This document shows, piece after piece, positions 59,882-64,000 of a stretch of DNA of 64,000 nucleotides. The notes under the pieces are model-generated. The model made no database searches. It worked only from the letters and a program-made list of their open reading frames with translations, and was not told where the DNA came from. This DNA comes from Nitrospirales bacterium. GTDB lineage: Bacteria > Nitrospirota > Nitrospiria > Nitrospirales > UBA8639. The DNA lies in NCBI GenBank assembly GCA_965223295.1, contig CBDCWC010000003.1:96001-160000 (forward strand). The letters run 5' to 3'. Position numbers and translations under genes: made by a program. The number at the start of each line of letters is the position of its first letter. The stretch's first letter is position 1.

Positions 59882-60714
59882 TAGACATTCTTCCGTTCAT
59901 GAAGCGTCTGGGCAACATCGGTCATTAATCGAATCCCAGTGATGGAATAGGCTTCCCATAGTTGCATCAGCGAGTCGCTTACAGTCCCGAGGGGCGCCTT
60001 CCCTTCGACATCTTTTTCAATCCGGCGCAGCATACGATACCGCAAAGCTCCAAAAAACGTTCCCCACCGATCCACGACTGGCAGGGTATGAAACCGGCTC
60101 CATTCTGGATGTTTGATGATTTCCTCTAGGTTTGCTTCGGCAGACAATGTGGTGATTTGGCTTTCCATCAGCGTTCCCACTAAATGCGCAGTGGTATTCA
60201 CCAACAATTGTCTGAGCGTCACCACGCCTTCTAATTTACCGTCGCGATCAATGACATAAATATAATACATGGCTTTCTGCCCATAGGTTCGAATCCGGGA
60301 GAGCGCTTCATCCACCGGAATATCAGGTGGAAGCGTAAAGACCTGGGGATCAGCCAAACTTCCAGCCGTATTAGGAGAATACCGCAAGGCCCGGCGGAGC
60401 GTCGCCCCCATGGAATTATCCAAGCCTTCTAAAATGTCAAAACGAGTTGTCTCATCGAACTGACGTAGAATACCAATGGCTGATGTGGCATTCATCACCC
60501 CTAAGACCTTTGCGCTGAGCTCTTTGGGCAGTTCTTCCAAAATTTTGGCCGTCGATACGGGCAAGCTATGCTCTAAAACGTTGGCAATTTCTTCAGCATC
60601 TAAAACAGCTAAAAGTGCGCCAGCTTCCTGCGGGCCCAAGGATTCAAGGTGTTTGGCCGCTTCGACGGGATGGGCATGAAAATATCCCAGGGTGAGGTGA
60701 TGTTCGAGTTCCAT
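59881..60714 (-). CDS. Soluble MgtE N-terminal + CBS domain protein
   Basis: MgtE_N-like helices, Y...TAG.L, YIYVID..GKL.G, LPVVD. No TM domain. Confidence 0.85.
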   Translation of the reverse strand: MELEHHLTLGYFHAHPVEAAKHLESLGPQEAGALLAVLDAEEIANVLEHSLPVSTAKILEELPKELSAKVLGVMNATSAIGILRQFDETTRFDILEGLDNSMGATLRRALRYSPNTAGSLADPQVFTLPPDIPVDEALSRIRTYGQKAMYYIYVIDRDGKLEGVVTLRQLLVNTTAHLVGTLMESQITTLSAEANLEEIIKHPEWSRFHTLPVVDRWGTFFGALRYRMLRRIEKDVEGKAPLGTVSDSLMQLWEAYSITGIRLMTDVAQTLHERKNV

Positions 60715-60716
60715 AC

Positions 60717-61565
60717 TTATTGTTCCGGATGCGTGATCACCGCAGTAGACTCAGAAAACTGGGAAGCCGGAATGATCACTCTCCCTTCTTTCGTTTCCAA
60801 CACGACTGAAATCGGGGTAATCGACACAACCGTCCCTTGGGTGTCTCCGACCTTCACCGCCATTCCAACCCGGACAACAGATCCCAAATAATGAGCCGCA
60901 ATTAAATTGGCGACCGCACTGCGGGAACCCAGACCAAAAGACAGGGCTGCGCCACCAATAAGCCCAGCCAACAAAATCACAATTGTGCTATTGAGCAATT
61001 CCGTATCGATCCCTAACGCATCAATAGCCGTCACCACGATGAGTAAGACCACAGCAACATAAACAGCTTGCGCCACCATGGTGCCATGTGTGATACCTGC
61101 CGAACTGCAGGTCATGGTAATGAGTTCCCTCACAAAATTGGCCGCAATCAATCCCAGAATCAGCACTAAGACGGCAATGCCTACCTTGGGGATATAATGG
61201 GCAATGCCGGTCAACGCATCAGACACCATAGATAAACCTAGAGTGTCGGATGCCTTAATCAAAAACACTAGAAAGATAATCCAAAATCCAATCAAGCCAA
61301 GAATTTCGGAAGATTTCTGCTTCGTTCCAGACCGCTCTAACAACGTTTGAATGGCTGTGCGGCTGAGTAGCCGATCAAACCCCATCAACTGCAGCAAGCG
61401 TATGGCAGCAATGGACACGACTCTCGCGAGAAAATACCCAAACCCCAGCAACATCAGCGCCAAAATAATGGCCGGCAAAAAATCTAGAATTTGATTAAGG
61501 CTCGCGGTGACCGCTTCCACCAGCCCTTCCCACCACCCGGCCAATGTCACACCTTTTTCTTCCAT
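60717..61565 (-). CDS. CmpX-like / small-conductance mechanosensitive channel membrane protein
   Basis: TM_helix repeats (FLP.I..A, YIP.V..A), LSFGLGSR..VAN, C-terminal MscS beta-domain. Confidence 0.8.
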   Translation of the reverse strand: MEEKGVTLAGWWEGLVEAVTASLNQILDFLPAIILALMLLGFGYFLARVVSIAAIRLLQLMGFDRLLSRTAIQTLLERSGTKQKSSEILGLIGFWIIFLVFLIKASDTLGLSMVSDALTGIAHYIPKVGIAVLVLILGLIAANFVRELITMTCSSAGITHGTMVAQAVYVAVVLLIVVTAIDALGIDTELLNSTIVILLAGLIGGAALSFGLGSRSAVANLIAAHYLGSVVRVGMAVKVGDTQGTVVSITPISVVLETKEGRVIIPASQFSESTAVITHPEQ

Positions 61566-61695
61566 GAGAATAAGAACCCTTGTCTATCGAGTGCCTTAGA
61601 ACAATGCCACTAATAATTGTGACCTGATGTTTTTACCCCATGTCTCATCATAGTCTCCTGCTTAGTATGCCGCAACAGGCTTATGGAATTAGCAA

Positions 61696-61892
61696 GAGTC
61701 TGTTGAAAAAAGCCACCGCCTACTCCGCCGGAGTAACTCAGTAGGTTACGAAGGCCGGGAGCGGCGTTCCCTGCCTTCGCCGAAGCGGCTTCGCGCAGGA
61801 GAGCGGACTTTTTGAACAGACCCAGCGCTGTTGATCGCTAAGGGTGTGATGGCGAAATATGGCCTTTGATATCCTCATTATTCAACACTCCC
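61696..61892. mobile_element. MITE family A, copy 8
   Basis: GAGTCTGTTGAA...TTCAACACTCCC. TSD AGCAA. Confidence 0.85.
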
Positions 61893-61942
61893 AGCAATCA
61901 TTTTCGCGATGAGCCTTAGCATGTCTTTAGAAAAGAACAGAC

Positions 61943-64000
61943 TCAACACAACGACGCATTCTCATTTCGACGCACAGCAGAAACCCGTCGCCGCCGTTCC
62001 TTCAAGATCACTTGAGAAAAGTCCTTGACGTCTGGAGCTTTGAGCCATGTTGTCAAATCCCTGGTCAATCTTAAACGCCACGAGGGATACGCAGAATCTG
62101 ATGCCCCAGGTAAATTTGGCGTATCCAGCTCACCCAACAAATCTTCCAATTGAACCATCAGTAAACGTGAAGGAGCTCGCGCGATAAACTGATACACCAA
62201 TTTCATCTGCTCATGGGAAAGACTGGACGGAAGTGCATCGGATCCTACCAACCCATTTCGATACAAGGCTTCCCATAACGCATATCGGTCTGCTTTTCGA
62301 GTCTCAAGATCTCGTGTCCAGTCTTCTTCTAACGGGTAGAGCTTCGCCTCCGCCTTCACGCCGATATCGCGTCCAGCCCAATATCCCTTAAGCGTGGGAA
62401 GATCATGTGTTGTGACTGCCGCCAGTGCCTGTGCCGGAAATTGAGAAGGTGCATGAAACGCTCCATGACGATCCCGCTCAAAAAATAACAATCGATAGGA
62501 AAGAATTCCTGCCTCTTCCAATTTCCCTCGAATAACAGGTGTGACCGTCCCTAAATCTTCACCAACCACCATCACCTTATGACGAACACTTTCTAAGGCT
62601 AGCACCGCTAACATTTCATCCACGTAGGTTTTGACATACAGACCTTCAAGCCCACTCTTCCCGAACGGAATCCAAAGCATGCGAAACAATCCCAGCGCAT
62701 GATCAATGCGCAAAACCCCGCCATGCCTCATGTTTTGGCTGAGCGTTTGACGAAAAAAATCATACTGATGCTTTCGCAGCACATGAGGATTTGGAGCCAG
62801 CAACCCCCAGTTTTGCCCTTGCAGGTTAAACGAATCTGGCGGCGCGCCAATGGTGGCATCCTGTCCCAATTGTTCTATAAAGTTCCAGGCATCCGCTCCA
62901 TCAGGGTGAACACCCACCGGCAAGTCATGATAGAGCCCTAAGCAGAGCGATGCCTTCTGTGCCACTTGATCCAATCGAGTCAACTGTAACTCACACAACC
63001 ATTGCACATAATAAAAATAGTAAAGGCGATCGGTATGCTCATGTTTAAATCGCTCAACGGCGGAAGAGGTTGACGCTTGAAATTCTCGAGGCCATTGCCG
63101 CCATGACGCACCTTGGAAATATTCACGGAGGCACTGGTACGTACAAAAATTCATTAAGTAAGAAGGACTTTGTTTAACAAATCGAAGAAATGATCGAGCA
63201 CGCGGCGTCCCTGCTTTAAGATGAATCCGCTTAAAAACGCGATACATATCTTCCAGAACTGACAGCTTTACATGCTCAACCGCGTCATAGTCTACGAGAC
63301 GGCTGGACCGCAGAGCCTTCAACAACCCTTGAAACTTCTTTGTCTTGGCCATGCGTTGCAATTTTGCTGAGGCACGAAATTCGGCTACTTGCTCCAAATT
63401 TAAATACAACGGATTCCAACAGAGTCGACTGGACGGCGAGTACGGACTTCGGAGGCCCGGGGTTAAACTATGAAGCGGCTGTAGACCAATCGTCGACGCT
63501 TTCAACGTTTTCCCGGCCGTTTTCATGATGCGTTCCAAATCGCGAAAATCCCCAATGCCCCAATTATCGCAAGAACGCACACCATAGAGTTGTACCCCAA
63601 TTCCCCATGCCTTCTTTGACTGTCGAGGAAGATAACAGCGCCGGGGAGCCGCAATCACAAAACTCTGCACTTCCAACAGACGAGACCCAAGACTGATGGC
63701 AAGGTGTAGTTCGTAATATCCTAAACGAAGGCGCTCGTGCACACTGACCTGAATTCGCACATAGCGAAAACCTCGAATCTGATTTTCTTCAAGCAAGACA
63801 CAGGACGATCCTTTCACACGAAAGGATCGAACTTTCCCTTGTTCATCTTTCAGACCACATTGGAGTGAGATAGTCTCAAAAGCCTCATTTCCTAACGGAA
63901 GCGCCAGCGTAAAGCACAAGGGAGTACGCGCTTCTACATAGTGCAAGAGCACGGGCTCGATTACTTGAGTCCACTGTTTTTCTTGAATGCATACCCACTC
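61943..64000 (-). CDS. malQ: 4-alpha-glucanotransferase (GH77), 5'-truncated by the window edge
   Basis: WGIGDF.DL, SPYSPSSR, GAPPD.F...GQNWG, RIDH.LG, GEDLG, THD.PT, N.PG. Frame stays open to 64000. Confidence 0.95.
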   Translation of the reverse strand, partial: EWVCIQEKQWTQVIEPVLLHYVEARTPLCFTLALPLGNEAFETISLQCGLKDEQGKVRSFRVKGSSCVLLEENQIRGFRYVRIQVSVHERLRLGYYELHLAISLGSRLLEVQSFVIAAPRRCYLPRQSKKAWGIGVQLYGVRSCDNWGIGDFRDLERIMKTAGKTLKASTIGLQPLHSLTPGLRSPYSPSSRLCWNPLYLNLEQVAEFRASAKLQRMAKTKKFQGLLKALRSSRLVDYDAVEHVKLSVLEDMYRVFKRIHLKAGTPRARSFLRFVKQSPSYLMNFCTYQCLREYFQGASWRQWPREFQASTSSAVERFKHEHTDRLYYFYYVQWLCELQLTRLDQVAQKASLCLGLYHDLPVGVHPDGADAWNFIEQLGQDATIGAPPDSFNLQGQNWGLLAPNPHVLRKHQYDFFRQTLSQNMRHGGVLRIDHALGLFRMLWIPFGKSGLEGLYVKTYVDEMLAVLALESVRHKVMVVGEDLGTVTPVIRGKLEEAGILSYRLLFFERDRHGAFHAPSQFPAQALAAVTTHDLPTLKGYWAGRDIGVKAEAKLYPLEEDWTRDLETRKADRYALWEALYRNGLVGSDALPSSLSHEQMKLVYQFIARAPSRLLMVQLEDLLGELDTPNLPGASDSAYPSWRLRLTRDLTTWLKAPDVKDFSQVILKERRRRVSAVRRNENASLC

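Noticed and set aside
1-64000. CRISPR array, tRNA or rRNA
   Set aside because: No regularly spaced repeat-spacer array, cloverleaf or rRNA-like sequence seen. The dispersed repeats are MITEs.

Overview
Bacterial chromosomal window, mostly about 45-50% GC by eye. Gene content and small conserved hypotheticals suggest a Nitrospirales/Nitrospirota chemolithoautotroph (inference). Layout: (1) 1-12.5 kb, a probable copper/metal uptake locus: two paralogous TPR proteins, TonB-ExbB-ExbD, two DUF2946-like RAPP leader proteins, a YcnI-like protein, a cytochrome P460/c'-beta lipoprotein, a PEP-CTERM protein and a TonB-dependent receptor. It also holds two copies of an unannotated two-hairpin RNA with anti-Shine-Dalgarno loops. 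(2) 13-19.3 kb, a foreign-looking island: a three-gene operon around a 1176-aa beta-propeller/Ig-like/Cys-tail protein, a HigBA-type toxin-antitoxin pair and an integrase remnant. (3) 20-28 kb: SMR exporter, gdhA, general-stress genes (DUF1328, two CsbD, MgtC) and an unusual sigma-like/ZAS fusion with a membrane partner. (4) 28.7-57 kb: type I secretion-like operon, two NhaR-like LysRs, USP, frameshifted sthA, a DAB inorganic-carbon pump operon with a PII-like gene, and a heat-shock cluster (four Hsp20, two DegQ, YfdX) with a shared promoter motif. (5) 57-64 kb: CBS protein, MgtE operon and malQ (5'-truncated). A MITE family with 5-bp target-site duplications occurs nine times. No rRNA, tRNA or CRISPR array was seen. 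All family calls come from motif recognition by eye; no database searches were run.
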